From the NCBI GenBank assembly GCA_963823335.1, contig CAWGLD010000005.1:96001-160000 (forward strand): a stretch of 64,000 bases of DNA, read 5' to 3'. The notes beneath the pieces were generated by a model that saw only the letters and a list, made by a program, of their open reading frames with translations, did not search any database and was not told where the DNA came from. Shown here piece after piece: positions 50,175-61,380 of this stretch. The DNA comes from an uncultured delta proteobacterium. Its GTDB lineage: Bacteria; Desulfobacterota; Desulfobacteria; Desulfobacterales; B30-G6. Made by a program: the position numbers and the translations under genes. Position 1 is the first letter of the stretch, and each line of letters begins with the position of its first letter.

Positions 50175-50699
50175 ATGTCATACCAGAAAAGTGATTACAA
50201 AGAAGATCTCGACAGGGTTACAGCTGTCTTTCAAACCAATCTCGGGGAATTTGAAGCAGAGTTATATGCCCGGGAATGTCCCGAAACCGTATGGAACTTT
50301 ATCAACCTGGCAGAGGGTCGCCAGGAAGCCGACCGTCAGGGAAATTTTTACGATGGACTCACATTTCATCGGGTTATTGAAGGTTTCATGATTCAGGGCG
50401 GGTGTCCCCTCGGCTCCGGTACCGGTGGGCCCGGTTACCGCTTTAAGGACGAGTTCGATTCGTCATTACGACACGACAGCGAAGGCATCCTCTCCATGGC
50501 CAACGCAGGGCCCGGAACCAACGGGAGTCAGTTTTTTGTCACACTGGGCCCCACACCCCACCTGGATGACAGGCATTCGGTCTTTGGCAGGGTTGTCAAA
50601 GGAATGGAGGTCGTGAACAAAATCGGATCGGTTCAAACCGGATCGATGGACAAACCCGTGAAGCCGGTGTTGATGCAGGCTGTCACCATTAAGCGCTAA
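50175..50699 (+). CDS. cyclophilin-type peptidyl-prolyl cis-trans isomerase
   Basis: FYDGLTFHRVIEGFMIQGG, SMANAGPGTNGSQFF. Confidence 0.93.
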   Translation: MSYQKSDYKEDLDRVTAVFQTNLGEFEAELYARECPETVWNFINLAEGRQEADRQGNFYDGLTFHRVIEGFMIQGGCPLGSGTGGPGYRFKDEFDSSLRHDSEGILSMANAGPGTNGSQFFVTLGPTPHLDDRHSVFGRVVKGMEVVNKIGSVQTGSMDKPVKPVLMQAVTIKR

Positions 50700-50712
50700 A
50701 ATCGTTACACGA

Positions 50713-50747
50713 TTAATAAATACGCGGCGAAGCCGCGTATTTATTAA
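50713..50747. terminator. perfect 16-bp hairpin after the cyclophilin gene
   Basis: TTAATAAATACGCGGC-GAA-GCCGCGTATTTATTAA. Confidence 0.7.
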
Positions 50748-50874
50748 ATTGAACCGAAATAGCGAGCGCATTCCCCGTAGGTTCTGCTGTCCGGCAGTGC
50801 TTCGCATGCTGCGGGGTTAGCGAGCGAATCTAAATTAGACAGAATTCCTTACGGTCGCTGCGAGGATCTTCAAT
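50748..50874 (+). repeat. dispersed repeat family A, longest composite copy
   Basis: ATTGAACCG...CTTCAAT ends; two GCTGCG(G/A)GG modules. Confidence 0.75.
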
Positions 50875-50916
50875 GATTGTCAACCTTGTCGTTCTAATAC
50901 ACTGAAAAGTATATAT

Positions 50917-50958
50917 AAAAAAATCCGGATCCTCTTTTAAAGGATCCGGATTTTTTTT
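50917..50958. terminator. bidirectional intrinsic terminator after dnaK
   Basis: A7-TCCGGATCCT-loop-AGGATCCGGA-T8. Confidence 0.85.
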
Positions 50959-51029
50959 GATGGTTAAAACTGTTTTTTAGAGCCCGCAGTTATTTTGCTG
51001 GCGTCAGATAAAATCGCGCAGCGATTTTA

Positions 51030-52922
51030 TTAGGCTACCTCTTTGTATTCAGCGTCCACCACATCATCCTCAGGAATGTCGCCGGGAGATGCATTCTCAT
51101 GTTGTGAACCGGTACCGGCTGACTGTTGATAGGCTGTGGTTGCCATCTGCTGGGCAGCCTGGGTCAGGGCGTCGGTGAGGCGCTTGATTTCATGTATATC
51201 CCCACCGTTCATGGCTTGCTTCAGGCTGCTGATAGTTGCTTCAATCCCGGATTTCGTGGACGGATCCAGTTGGCCCCCCATTTCCGCCATGGATTTCTGA
51301 GTCTGGTAAATCAGGGCGTCGGCCTGGTTTCGCGCTTCCACAAGGACTTTCTTGCTTTTGTCCTCTTCTGCATGCAATGCCGCGTCATTCACCAGACGAT
51401 CGATTTCTTCCTTGGTAAGTCCGGAAGATGCCGTGATGCGTATGGATTGGGCTTTTCCAGTGGCCTGGTCTTTGGCGGAAACTTCCACGATGCCATTGGC
51501 GTCGATATCAAACGAGACCTCAATCTGTGGTGCCCCTCTGGGCGCAGGTGATATCCCCGTTAATTCAAAACGGCCCAGGGTCTTGTTGCCAGAGGCCATT
51601 TCCCGTTCACCCTGCAGCACATGAACGCTGACTGCCGGCTGGTTGTCTTCGGCCGTGGAAAAAACCTGACTTTTTTTTGCCGGAATGGTGGTATTTTTTT
51701 CGATGAGCCTGGTCATCACGCCTCCCAGTGTTTCGATACCGAGTGACAGGGGGGTAACATCCAGGAGCAGGACATCCTTGATGTCCCCTTTGAGTACCGC
51801 GCCTTGAATAGAAGCTCCCAGTGCAACGACTTCATCCGGATTGACACCCTTATTGGGCTCTTTCCCGAAAATCGTTTTGACCCGTTCCTGGACTGCAGGC
51901 ATGCGGGTCATACCCCCCACCAGGATGACTTCGTCTACGTCGCCGGTCGATAGGCCTGCATCCTTCAGAGCGGCCCGGCAGGGCCCCTCCAGTTTGGTCA
52001 GCAGATCTGCCACAAGCGATTCGAGTTTGGCACGGGTGATCTTGACGTTCAAATGCTTGGGCCCCGTGGCATCGGCCGTGATAAAAGGAAGATTGACATC
52101 TGTCTCAAGGGAGTTCGACAGTTCCATTTTGGCTTTTTCTGCGGCCTCTTTCAGACGTTGGAGCGCCATCTTGTCTTTACGTATGTCGATGCCCTGATCC
52201 TTTCTGAACTCATCGGCGATATAATCGATGATCCTGAGATCGAAATCCTCGCCCCCCAGATGGGTGTCCCCATTGGTGGCCTTGACTTCAAACACGCCAT
52301 CGCCGATTTCAAGTATGGACACATCGAAGGTACCGCCGCCCAGGTCGAATACGGCAATTTTTTCTTCGGTTTTTTTATCCATGCCATAGGCCAGGGAAGC
52401 CGCCGTAGGCTCGTTGACAATACGCAGGACATTCAAACCGGCGATCTTGCCGGCATCCTTGGTAGCCTGCCGTTGGCTGTCATTAAAGTAGGCCGGTACG
52501 GTAATGACGGCATCAATGATTTTTTCACCCAGAAACGCTTCGACCGACTTTTTGATGTCTGCCAGAATAAACGATGATATTTCCGCCGGGCTGTATTGTT
52601 TTCCTCGTATATTGAGTTGAACATCCCCATTGGGGGCTTTTTCAATGTTAAAGGGCAGATTTCGTATATCCGCCTGGATTTCCGGGGAGTCGAATTTCCG
52701 GCCGATGAGGCGTTTGACGCCGAAGATGGTGTTTTCGGGATTGGTGATGGCCTGGCGCTTGGCGATCTGTCCCACCAGTCGCTCTCCTTTGTCGGTGACC
52801 GCAACGACAGAGGGTGTGGTTCGGCCGCCCTCTTGATTATTGACAACTTTAGCCTCACCGCCCTCCATTATGGAAACACACGAGTTGGTGGTTCCCAGAT
52901 CGATACCAATTATTTTGCTCAT
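51030..52922 (-). CDS. dnaK: molecular chaperone DnaK (Hsp70)
   Basis: [32 protein letters not shown]. Confidence 0.96.
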   Translation of the reverse strand: MSKIIGIDLGTTNSCVSIMEGGEAKVVNNQEGGRTTPSVVAVTDKGERLVGQIAKRQAITNPENTIFGVKRLIGRKFDSPEIQADIRNLPFNIEKAPNGDVQLNIRGKQYSPAEISSFILADIKKSVEAFLGEKIIDAVITVPAYFNDSQRQATKDAGKIAGLNVLRIVNEPTAASLAYGMDKKTEEKIAVFDLGGGTFDVSILEIGDGVFEVKATNGDTHLGGEDFDLRIIDYIADEFRKDQGIDIRKDKMALQRLKEAAEKAKMELSNSLETDVNLPFITADATGPKHLNVKITRAKLESLVADLLTKLEGPCRAALKDAGLSTGDVDEVILVGGMTRMPAVQERVKTIFGKEPNKGVNPDEVVALGASIQGAVLKGDIKDVLLLDVTPLSLGIETLGGVMTRLIEKNTTIPAKKSQVFSTAEDNQPAVSVHVLQGEREMASGNKTLGRFELTGISPAPRGAPQIEVSFDIDANGIVEVSAKDQATGKAQSIRITASSGLTKEEIDRLVNDAALHAEEDKSKKVLVEARNQADALIYQTQKSMAEMGGQLDPSTKSGIEATISSLKQAMNGGDIHEIKRLTDALTQAAQQMATTAYQQSAGTGSQHENASPGDIPEDDVVDAEYKEVA

Positions 52923-53244
52923 TTTCAGTTCCTCCTTTGATGCATGACCGCCCGGCAAGAGAAAAAGTGCAGGTTTCAGCTGTCGACCGTCATGCAGTCA
53001 GAATGATGTATATGGGCAAAAAAATAAACACCCTGGCAAAATAGTCAATAATGAACATAAAATATTTCATTACTAATTATGATATTATAACAAAAAGTAA
53101 TGAATCTGTTGAAAGTTAGAATGAAGAACCGTTTGCATACGCACGGATGGGAATAGACAATCAAAAGTGCAAAAGATTCTTGACGCTGACTAAAGGCCGT
53201 CCCATCCGTAAAAAATCAAGACATTCTGTATCTGATTGCCGGGC

Positions 53245-55245
53245 TCAAATTAATCCGAACTTTTTCATTTTATGATACAGTGTTCGACGTGGAATATTCA
53301 GTAATCTTAAGGTCTTATTACGGTTCCAATTGGATTTGTTGAGTGCATCGAGAAGAAGATTCTTTTCATAAGACGCCACTTTATGTTTAAGATTAAGGTC
53401 TGAAGGATCCATCGCGATTGATGTTTTAGGGCGGTTATCTGCGGGGGTGTTGAAGAGACGATAACTTTCCAAAAAATCGAGATTGCCTATGGCGATATAT
53501 CGTTGCAATGTATTTTGTAGTTCTCTGACATTTCCAGGCCAGTGGAAGTTATAAATTGCCTCCATGTATTTAGCCGGCAGAACGTGCGGTTGCTTTCCCT
53601 TGCTGAAGATTGAAAGGAAATGATCGACAAGTAGTTGAATGTCTTCCTTTCGATCCCTTAACGGCGGTAACGTTATAGGGACTATATGGATTCGATAATA
53701 GAAATCTTCTCGCATACTTCCCTTCTGCACGGCTTCGGTTATGTCTCTATTGGTGGCGGCAATGATCCGAAAATTTGAATGGCATATCTCATTGCTTCCA
53801 ACAGGTGAGTAGCCGCCTCCCTCAATGGCCCTCAACAGCTTACCCTGCATTCCCAGATCGATGCCGCCTACTTCATCAAGAAATAAATCACCCTCATTTG
53901 CTTTCTCAAGAAAGCCGGGTTTGTCCATATGGGCTCCGGTGAAAGCACCTTTTTTATGGCCAAAAAAAGAACTTTCCAACAAAGACTCTGGAATCGCCTG
54001 GCAATTGACGGTCACAAAAGCTTTTTCTGAACGAGCGCTCATGTTATGTATAGCTTTGGCCACCAGTTCTTTTCCCGTGCCCGATTCACCATAGATAACA
54101 ACGTTTGCATCAGAACTTGCTGCACGGATAATCAATTCATACACTTTTTGCATGGCCGGGCTTTTGCCGATAATATCAGCGAATCTAAAGCGATCTTTAA
54201 TGCTGGAGCGGAGTTTGATATTTTCCAGATGAAGATTTTCAGCATGTTCCTGGGTAGCTATTTCATTGAGCTTTCTTTCATTGATATCTCTCATGGTACA
54301 TAGAATTGCAGGTTTTCCATCCCATTGAATCCAGGAGTTATGCCCTTCAACCCAAAATTTTCGCCCATCCTTTGAAATGCATATTCCTTGAAAAATTTCC
54401 ATTCTGGGACTGTTTTTCTGATACGTATCACCGAGGGCTTCGAAGTGTTCTTTAATCTTTTGATAACGCGCTTTAAATTCATCGGATATCAAGTCCAAAA
54501 CATTTTTGCCAATCACCTGGCGTTTGTCTGAATATCGGAACATAATCAAAAAGGCGTCATTGACAAAAAGCAATTTGTTATCCCGGGATAGCATGATTCC
54601 GTCCGCAACATGGTTAGCCAGGAGTCGATATCGTTCCTCGCTTTCACCATACATCTTTTCAGCGCCTTTGCGTTCTTCTATTTCTTTGTTCAAAAGAATG
54701 TTTATCGCATTTAGGTCAGCGGTTCGTTTTTCAACCCTGTGCTCCAAGTCTTCATTGAGCCTGCGAACATTATCCTCGGCTTGGCTACGTACAGCAATTT
54801 CTTTTATGAGTAGGTCATTATTTTCTTTCAACTTCCTTTGCATCAAGCGAAAGGATAGATGAGTTCGAACCCGTGCCAATACTTCATCTCGCTGAAAAGG
54901 CTTGGTGATGAAGTCAACTCCCCCGGCTTCAAATCCTTTAACTTTATCTTTTATTGCCGTCAGGGCAGTCATAAATATTACAGGTATATCTTTTGTTGCT
55001 TCTTCTGCTTTCAAACGGCTGCATATCTCAAACCCATTTTGGCCAGGCATGAGCACATCCAGTAAAATAAGGCCCGGCCGGGTATAAGAGGCTTTTTGGA
55101 GTCCACTTTCACCGTCGCGGGCAACGAGTGCTTGAAATCCATTGTCTTCCAGAGTAGCCGAAATGAGGCCTATATTGATAGGATCATCATCGATTATCAG
55201 AATTGAATTGGATTCCTGATCGTGATATTGCAGGGATGCTTTCAT
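53245..55245 (-). CDS. sigma54-dependent response regulator (REC-coiled coil-PAS-AAA+-HTH)
   Basis: LLDVLMP, GESGTGKE, GAFTGA, WPGNVREL. Confidence 0.92.
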   Translation of the reverse strand: MKASLQYHDQESNSILIIDDDPINIGLISATLEDNGFQALVARDGESGLQKASYTRPGLILLDVLMPGQNGFEICSRLKAEEATKDIPVIFMTALTAIKDKVKGFEAGGVDFITKPFQRDEVLARVRTHLSFRLMQRKLKENNDLLIKEIAVRSQAEDNVRRLNEDLEHRVEKRTADLNAINILLNKEIEERKGAEKMYGESEERYRLLANHVADGIMLSRDNKLLFVNDAFLIMFRYSDKRQVIGKNVLDLISDEFKARYQKIKEHFEALGDTYQKNSPRMEIFQGICISKDGRKFWVEGHNSWIQWDGKPAILCTMRDINERKLNEIATQEHAENLHLENIKLRSSIKDRFRFADIIGKSPAMQKVYELIIRAASSDANVVIYGESGTGKELVAKAIHNMSARSEKAFVTVNCQAIPESLLESSFFGHKKGAFTGAHMDKPGFLEKANEGDLFLDEVGGIDLGMQGKLLRAIEGGGYSPVGSNEICHSNFRIIAATNRDITEAVQKGSMREDFYYRIHIVPITLPPLRDRKEDIQLLVDHFLSIFSKGKQPHVLPAKYMEAIYNFHWPGNVRELQNTLQRYIAIGNLDFLESYRLFNTPADNRPKTSIAMDPSDLNLKHKVASYEKNLLLDALNKSNWNRNKTLRLLNIPRRTLYHKMKKFGLI

Positions 55246-58200
55246 TTATTGATCTTCTTATATGTCTTGATAAATCTCAGGATTTTACCTTCCTCAAAGT
55301 GTTCGGCTAAAGTGCACAGCGTACGGGCAAAGGGGCCATATTCAGGTGCCATTTTATCGATTTGTTTTGCTTTATTTAGGATTCCGCGCATATCTCCGCG
55401 CAAGGCCAGGTCATACAAAAAATCTATCTCGGATGGCGGTGCAGGATTGGTTATAGATTTTGTTTGTCCTTCAACGAACGCGTTTGTGGCCGCTTCATCA
55501 TAAATCCATTCCAGCCTCAAATATTTTTCTATCATGGCGGCAAGTTTAGTCCAGTTAATGGGTTTCGGTAGAAAACCATCATAGCCCATCTCTTTGCTCA
55601 ACGCCTGATCTTTTTCCGAAACGCTGGCTGAAACAGCGATGATGGTCGTCGATTTGCATTCGGCCATGTTGCGTATTTGTTTCACCGCTTCAAGGCCATC
55701 CATTACCGGCATCCAACGGTCCATTAGTATGAGATCAAAGCACATTTCCTTTGCGAATTGTACTGCCTGTAAACCATTTTTCGCTTGAACAACCTTAAAT
55801 CCCACCGGCTCCAGCAGGTCAACCAATATATCCCGGTTGGACGAAATGTCATCAACGACCAACACCTTCCGTTGGGGTCCCTTGTATCCTTTCATAATAC
55901 GACCTGAGGACCGGACCTCTTCTTCCGCCAACGCGGCCACCTGTAATACGAGTTCAAACCAGAAGCGGCTACCTGTGCCAACACGGCTTTCAACGGACAG
56001 GTTGCCACCCATTACCTTTACCAGTTGGTTACTGATTGCCAAACCCAGGCCTGTTCCACCGATTTGATAATCCTTATTTCTAACCTGCTCGAAAGGTTTA
56101 AAAATGCGTTCATACTGATCGTGAGAGATCCCGATACCTGTATCCTCTATTTCGAAACGAAGCCGGACATGTGATTCCAGCGGATTGGGATTTATTGGTT
56201 TAGGAACGTCCTTATTGATAATGCGCAAGACCACATGACCGGTTTCGGTGTACTTGATGGCATTGTCCAGTAAATTGAGCAAAATCTGGCGAAGACGGGT
56301 CTCATCAGCAAGCAGGAAGGGCGGAGTGGTGTTCGATTTTTCAAGATTGACTTTTAGGCCTTTGGTTTCAGCACGAGAGTGCGTGACCGCGACGATGTTT
56401 TCAATGAAGCTCGGTAAATGGATGGGGGTAACCTGAAGTTCAACCTTGCCGGACTCAATCCTGGCAATATCCAGGATATCGTTTATCAGTGTCAAAAGAT
56501 GTTCGCCGCTGCTGTGGATGATATGAAGTCGTTCCTTTTGCCTCTTGGTCAGGTTTTTCTTCTCTTTAAGGATCTGGGCATATCCTATTACCGCATTTAG
56601 CGGCGTGCGTAACTCATGGCTCATGCTGGCCAAAAATTCGCTTTTCGCCCGGCTCGCAGCCTCAGCTTGATCCTTGGCGACAGATAACTCCGCGGTTCTT
56701 TCTATAACCTTTGTTTCGAGATCGTCATGCGCTTTCTTTAATATCTCTTGAGTCTGTCTGCGATCGGTGATATCGGTCAGAATTCCTTCTATACATATCA
56801 GTCGACCATCATTGTTTCGGATGGCTCTCGAGTTGAGAGAGGTCCAAATGATGTTCTTGTCTTTTTTATACAATTGAACTTCAAAGCTTTCAACTACGTC
56901 ATTCTCCTCAAACCGCTTTAAGAGTTCTTCCCGACGCGTATAATCGACATAAGTCTGCTTTCCGATATCGGAGACGCTTGTTACCAGATCGGTGGGGTCG
57001 TCATATCCCAGGATCGAAGCCATGGAGGGGTTGGCATTGAAAATTCTGCCATCGGGGGTTGTTTGATAAATACCCTCCACGGCATTTTCGAAAATACCAC
57101 GATATTTCTCTTCGGCTTCTTTGAGTTCATCAAGTTGTTCCCTGAGTTTGTTGGTCATTTCATTGAACGATTTGGAAAGCTGTCCGACCTCGTCATTGCC
57201 CTTGATATGAATCGTTTTGTCCAGATTGCCTTTCCGGATCTCGTTGGCGACCCTCGTCAATTTTTTTATCGGTGAGACCGCGGAGATCCAAATGACAAAG
57301 ATCACAATGGTAAATAAGAGAAGGCTGGCACCAATGGCACCGAAAATGAAGTTTATGCGAAAGCGTGGGAGAAATTCGATTATTTCCTGCCTGGGTACGA
57401 CAATTGCGAAATACCAATCAAGAATATTCAATTTGTACGAAAATAAGTAATGAATATTTTCGTTTTGATAAAACCGGCGAATATCGAATCTGCTGCTGTC
57501 GTTTCTATTCTGGGCGATTTCGGCGATGACACGTGTAAGCTCCTTGTCCTCCAACTCGGAACTGCTGAGCAAGGTGCCCATTTTTGCGCTTTTTAACAAA
57601 TTAATTAGATACTTGGGGTGGACGATAATGTTTTTTTGGGCATCGAAAATAAATCCATAACCCGAGTTGAAGTATTTTTTATCTAAAATTTCCGAGTAAA
57701 TATCGTCGAGAATAACATCGTGTCCTACAATACCGAGAAATTCCCGGTCTATATAGATGGGTGTAATCAGGCTGGTCATCCAATGCTTCCATATGGAATC
57801 GTAATAGGGTTTGGTCCATTTGGCCTTGCCTTGAGGACTGTGTTGGGGATCCGCGATATAGTAAAATATGTCCTGATTGAAATCGTGGTTCGCTTCGATC
57901 TGTAGCGCCCAGTCTTTCTCATAAATGCGGATAAGCTGGTGCCTGGTGATCAAATACATGTTGAATACAAACGGCTTGACTCCCTTGGCATAATTTTCGA
58001 ATTTTTCCTCGGTTGCAGATATTATTTGCCGGATCTCGTCATCCAATTCACTGCGATTGGATAAAAAAACACCGGAGATATCTTGATCGGAATAGGCCGC
58101 AAGATTGGTGCGAAGCGCACCGTCAATATATTGAAATTTATAATTAAAATTCATGTTTGATTTCAAGGGACTCTGAAGCCAATTTTGAATGATCTTTTCC

Positions 58201-58466
58201 GATTTTTGACCCAAGGCTTCCAACCACTTGAAATGCTCATCGATATCTTTGGCTTCATCGATGGTGAGAATGCTGATGGACTCTTCCATGTTTTCAAGGA
58301 TTTGGATTTCAAGAATTCTTTCAGCTACGAGACCGATTACGAGAAAAAAACATAAAAAAACAGGAGCGACCGCATATGTTACCTTCTGAATCAGGTTCAG
58401 CCTGCCCCAAACAAAACTGATTTTTTGTTGAAATATCCTCAATATGTTTATACTATCTGTCGACAT
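55242..58466 (-). CDS. hybrid sensor histidine kinase (Cache-HAMP-PAS-HisKA-HATPase-REC)
   Basis: WTKPYYD Cache motif, SHELRTPLN, NLLDNAIKYT, GTGLGL, LMDRWMP. Confidence 0.92.
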   Translation of the reverse strand: MSTDSINILRIFQQKISFVWGRLNLIQKVTYAVAPVFLCFFLVIGLVAERILEIQILENMEESISILTIDEAKDIDEHFKWLEALGQKSEKIIQNWLQSPLKSNMNFNYKFQYIDGALRTNLAAYSDQDISGVFLSNRSELDDEIRQIISATEEKFENYAKGVKPFVFNMYLITRHQLIRIYEKDWALQIEANHDFNQDIFYYIADPQHSPQGKAKWTKPYYDSIWKHWMTSLITPIYIDREFLGIVGHDVILDDIYSEILDKKYFNSGYGFIFDAQKNIIVHPKYLINLLKSAKMGTLLSSSELEDKELTRVIAEIAQNRNDSSRFDIRRFYQNENIHYLFSYKLNILDWYFAIVVPRQEIIEFLPRFRINFIFGAIGASLLLFTIVIFVIWISAVSPIKKLTRVANEIRKGNLDKTIHIKGNDEVGQLSKSFNEMTNKLREQLDELKEAEEKYRGIFENAVEGIYQTTPDGRIFNANPSMASILGYDDPTDLVTSVSDIGKQTYVDYTRREELLKRFEENDVVESFEVQLYKKDKNIIWTSLNSRAIRNNDGRLICIEGILTDITDRRQTQEILKKAHDDLETKVIERTAELSVAKDQAEAASRAKSEFLASMSHELRTPLNAVIGYAQILKEKKNLTKRQKERLHIIHSSGEHLLTLINDILDIARIESGKVELQVTPIHLPSFIENIVAVTHSRAETKGLKVNLEKSNTTPPFLLADETRLRQILLNLLDNAIKYTETGHVVLRIINKDVPKPINPNPLESHVRLRFEIEDTGIGISHDQYERIFKPFEQVRNKDYQIGGTGLGLAISNQLVKVMGGNLSVESRVGTGSRFWFELVLQVAALAEEEVRSSGRIMKGYKGPQRKVLVVDDISSNRDILVDLLEPVGFKVVQAKNGLQAVQFAKEMCFDLILMDRWMPVMDGLEAVKQIRNMAECKSTTIIAVSASVSEKDQALSKEMGYDGFLPKPINWTKLAAMIEKYLRLEWIYDEAATNAFVEGQTKSITNPAPPSEIDFLYDLALRGDMRGILNKAKQIDKMAPEYGPFARTLCTLAEHFEEGKILRFIKTYKKINK

Positions 58467-58670
58467 GGTCCTGCTTTACCTAAATTGAACGGAAAGTATG
58501 CGCAATAACCGGCATAAAATACACTTATATTGCCCAAACATATTATGTCAATAAAAATCAGATAGTAAGAAAATAAATAGTATTATTGTGGGCAAATAGT
58601 TGCACATAGAGTAGTCACGTCTAAATGAAATATCACATATTTCATAGTCATGTAGACACTGCATCTAATT

Positions 58671-58686
58671 TGGCACACTCATTGCT
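58671..58686 (+). promoter_or_regulatory. sigma54 (-24/-12) promoter
   Basis: TGGCAC-ACTCA-TTGCT matches the consensus, about 80 nt before the ABC operon. Confidence 0.85.
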
Positions 58687-58764
58687 TTATTTGTGCTCAT
58701 TGTGTTAATGACATTCATTGCATTAATCATATTCAATGTGTTGTTTAAAGGGGAGTGAAACGTA

Positions 58765-59623
58765 ATGAAAGAAAAAAGTCCAGGGTTTCTATTGGCGTTA
58801 CCGAGCATCATCTTGCTGGTTGTTTGTTTTATTCTTCCGCTATTGCTGGTTGTTCTCTATTCGTTTCAGCAACCTTATTCATTTGAAATCTCGACAGACT
58901 TTAGCCTCCTAAATTTTATAGATTTTTTTGGCGAAGGATACTATTCTTCGCTTGGATGGTCAGTCCTGTTGGCTTTTTTGACCACTGTCATCCTTTTTCT
59001 GCTATGTTACCCATGTGCTTATGGTATGGCGAAAGGTTTTCCCCAAAGCATCCATCTGGATCACCCTTTTGCTCGTAATGCCGATTTTTGTCACAAGTAA
59101 TATCCGGCTGTTCGGCTGGACCCTGATCCTGATTAAAGGGGGATATCTCAGTTTTTTGACCAGCTGGATTCCAGGTATGGAGAATGCTGAGTTTCTGTAT
59201 AATTTTCCCATAATCCTGATGGGGATGGTCTATATTTATTTTCCTTTTATGTTGTTCCCCATGGAATTGGGGATATTTATGGTTGATGACGAAGCAGTTG
59301 AGGCTGCCATAGATCTCGGGGCCAGTCGCTGGCAGGTTTTAAAGGAGGTGGAGCTTCCCATGGCTTCAGCCGGTATTTTTATCGGATCTCTGCTGGTCTT
59401 CGTGTTATCGTTGGGCGCTATGGTTGAGGCCCAAGTGTTGGGCGGCAGCACGGTTGTACCATTTGCCGATGATATTCACCACGCCTTTTCATTTCAGCAG
59501 AACTGGCCTTTGGGATCAGCTCTCGCGGTTATTCTCTTGGCCATTACACTTGTCTTAATAGCTGTGGTATTACGCTATGTGGATCTGGACAAATTACTTG
59601 GCTCCAGAGCAAAGCTAGGTTAG
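58765..59623 (+). pseudogene. PotB-like ABC permease with a +1 frameshift near 59031-59036 (real or assembly error)
   Basis: ...YGMAK joins VFPKASIW...; EAA motif (EAAIDLGA) in the second frame. Confidence 0.75.
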
Positions 59624-59668
59624 AGGTAGCTCGAGCAATTTAGCGGTATTTTGAGGGAGACTATTATT

Positions 59669-60458
59669 ATGAAAAAAAAACTAAGTTATAGAAAACCTTT
59701 GCTGGCCGTCTACATCTTGTCGCTTATAGTGTTTTTGCAGGCACCGGCCATGTCATTGCTGGTGAGTTCATTTTCGGCTGATAAATACTTTCACTTTCCC
59801 TTCGAAGAACTTACTGCACGATGGTTCATTGAAATGTTTCATTCCGGCGGTATCAGGCATGCACTTGGAAACAGTGTTGATGACGGCACTTGTGACCATG
59901 ATACCTACGACCTTGCTCGGTTTTCTGGGAGCACTTGCTTTTGCAAGATTCAAATGGCGTGGGCGCGGTATTTACCAGAAATTTCTGCTGTTGCCGATTT
60001 TTTTCCCGCAATTGGTTTTGGCCCTTGCCCAGTTACTGATGTGCAATTACTTCAAGATTAATACTTCCTGGATCGTGGCCGGCATTTCTCATATGGTATG
60101 GATGCTACCGATCGTGACAATGGTTATTGCCATCCAGATTTATGGGTATGACGTAACCATGGAAGAGGCCGCCTATGACCTGGGTGCTTCGACGTGGCAG
60201 GTGTTTAAGGAAGTGACGCTGCCGGTATTGATGCTGGGGATTGTGTCGGGAGCGCTTTTTGCATTTCTGCTTTCCTGGAGCGATTTTGAATTGTCCCTGT
60301 TCTTACAGGGTACCGACCAGATGCTTCCGGTATACATATACGGAAAAATGACCGGAGGCTTTTCTCCTACGGCACCGGCTCTCTCGGCGACAGTTTATAT
60401 TTTTTCAGCAGCAGCTTTGTTTATTCCCTTTTGGTTTTTGAATAAAGCGAATGATTAA
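59669..60458 (+). pseudogene. PotC-like ABC permease with a +1 frameshift near 59876-59878
   Basis: ...ALGNS joins MTALVT...; EEAAYDLGA in the second frame. Confidence 0.75.
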
Positions 60459-60481
60459 AATCTGAAATAAGTGAGGCAGGT

Positions 60482-61273
60482 ATGGGGAAGTTAGACCAAA
60501 AAGTGGCCGTGGTCACAGGCGCAGCCATGGGAAACGGTGAGGGGATTGCGAGGGTATTTGCAAAACATGGGGCACAGGTTTTGCTGTGGGATATAGCTGA
60601 CAAGGTTGTTGATACGGCAAAATCCATTGAAGACGCCGGGGGTAAAGCAGACAGCTTCATGGTGGACGTCACGAATTACGCCCAATGCGATAAAGCCGCA
60701 AAGGAGGCGGTCGCCAAGTTCGGGCGAATTGATATTCTGTGTGCCAATGCCGGTATTATCCGCCTGGGAAGCTTTATGGATATGAGCGATGAAGTGCGTG
60801 ATTTTCATTTCGATGTCAACATAAAGGGCGTGTGGAACTCATGTAAAGCGGTGTTGCCCAGCATGCTCCAAATGGGTGATGGGCGGATTGTTGTTTTATC
60901 ATCCGTAACCGGCCCAATGGTGGCAGATCCCGGCGAGGTGGCATATGCCACCACAAAAGCCGCTCTGTGGGGTTTTACGAAGGCTTTAGCACGGGAATAC
61001 GCGGAAAAACAAATAAGAGTCAATGCTATTTGTCCCGGCTATATTCACACTCCCATGGCCGACCAGATCGCCACTGACTCCCAGCCCGATGATCCCGAAT
61101 CAGTTCTCGAGGGTATCCGTCGAGGTGTGCCCATTGGCCGGCTTGGTCAAATCTCTGAAGTCGGGGAACTGGCTGCCTTCTTGGCATCGGACGAATCCAG
61201 TTACATCAGCGGTACATCGGTGGTGATTGATGGCGGCAGCACGCTGCCAGAGACGGTCAGTGTGGGTGCCTGA
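60482..61273 (+). CDS. ucpA: short-chain dehydrogenase UcpA
   Basis: TGAAMGNG, RDFHFDVNIKGVWN, SSVTG.MVADPGE.AYATTKA, IDGGSTLPETVSVG. Confidence 0.85.
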   Translation: MGKLDQKVAVVTGAAMGNGEGIARVFAKHGAQVLLWDIADKVVDTAKSIEDAGGKADSFMVDVTNYAQCDKAAKEAVAKFGRIDILCANAGIIRLGSFMDMSDEVRDFHFDVNIKGVWNSCKAVLPSMLQMGDGRIVVLSSVTGPMVADPGEVAYATTKAALWGFTKALAREYAEKQIRVNAICPGYIHTPMADQIATDSQPDDPESVLEGIRRGVPIGRLGQISEVGELAAFLASDESSYISGTSVVIDGGSTLPETVSVGA

Positions 61274-61380
61274 AGGAAATGTTAAAATTTCATTTGGATA
61301 CATTTTATTAACATAATATTTGGCTTTAACATTGAGTATTAGTCGCAAAGTCGGGGACAATTTTTGAGAGGAGAAGCGTA

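Noticed and set aside
53005-53040. sigma32-like promoter for dnaK (GCCCATAT)
   Set aside because: No convincing CTTGAA -35 at the right spacing
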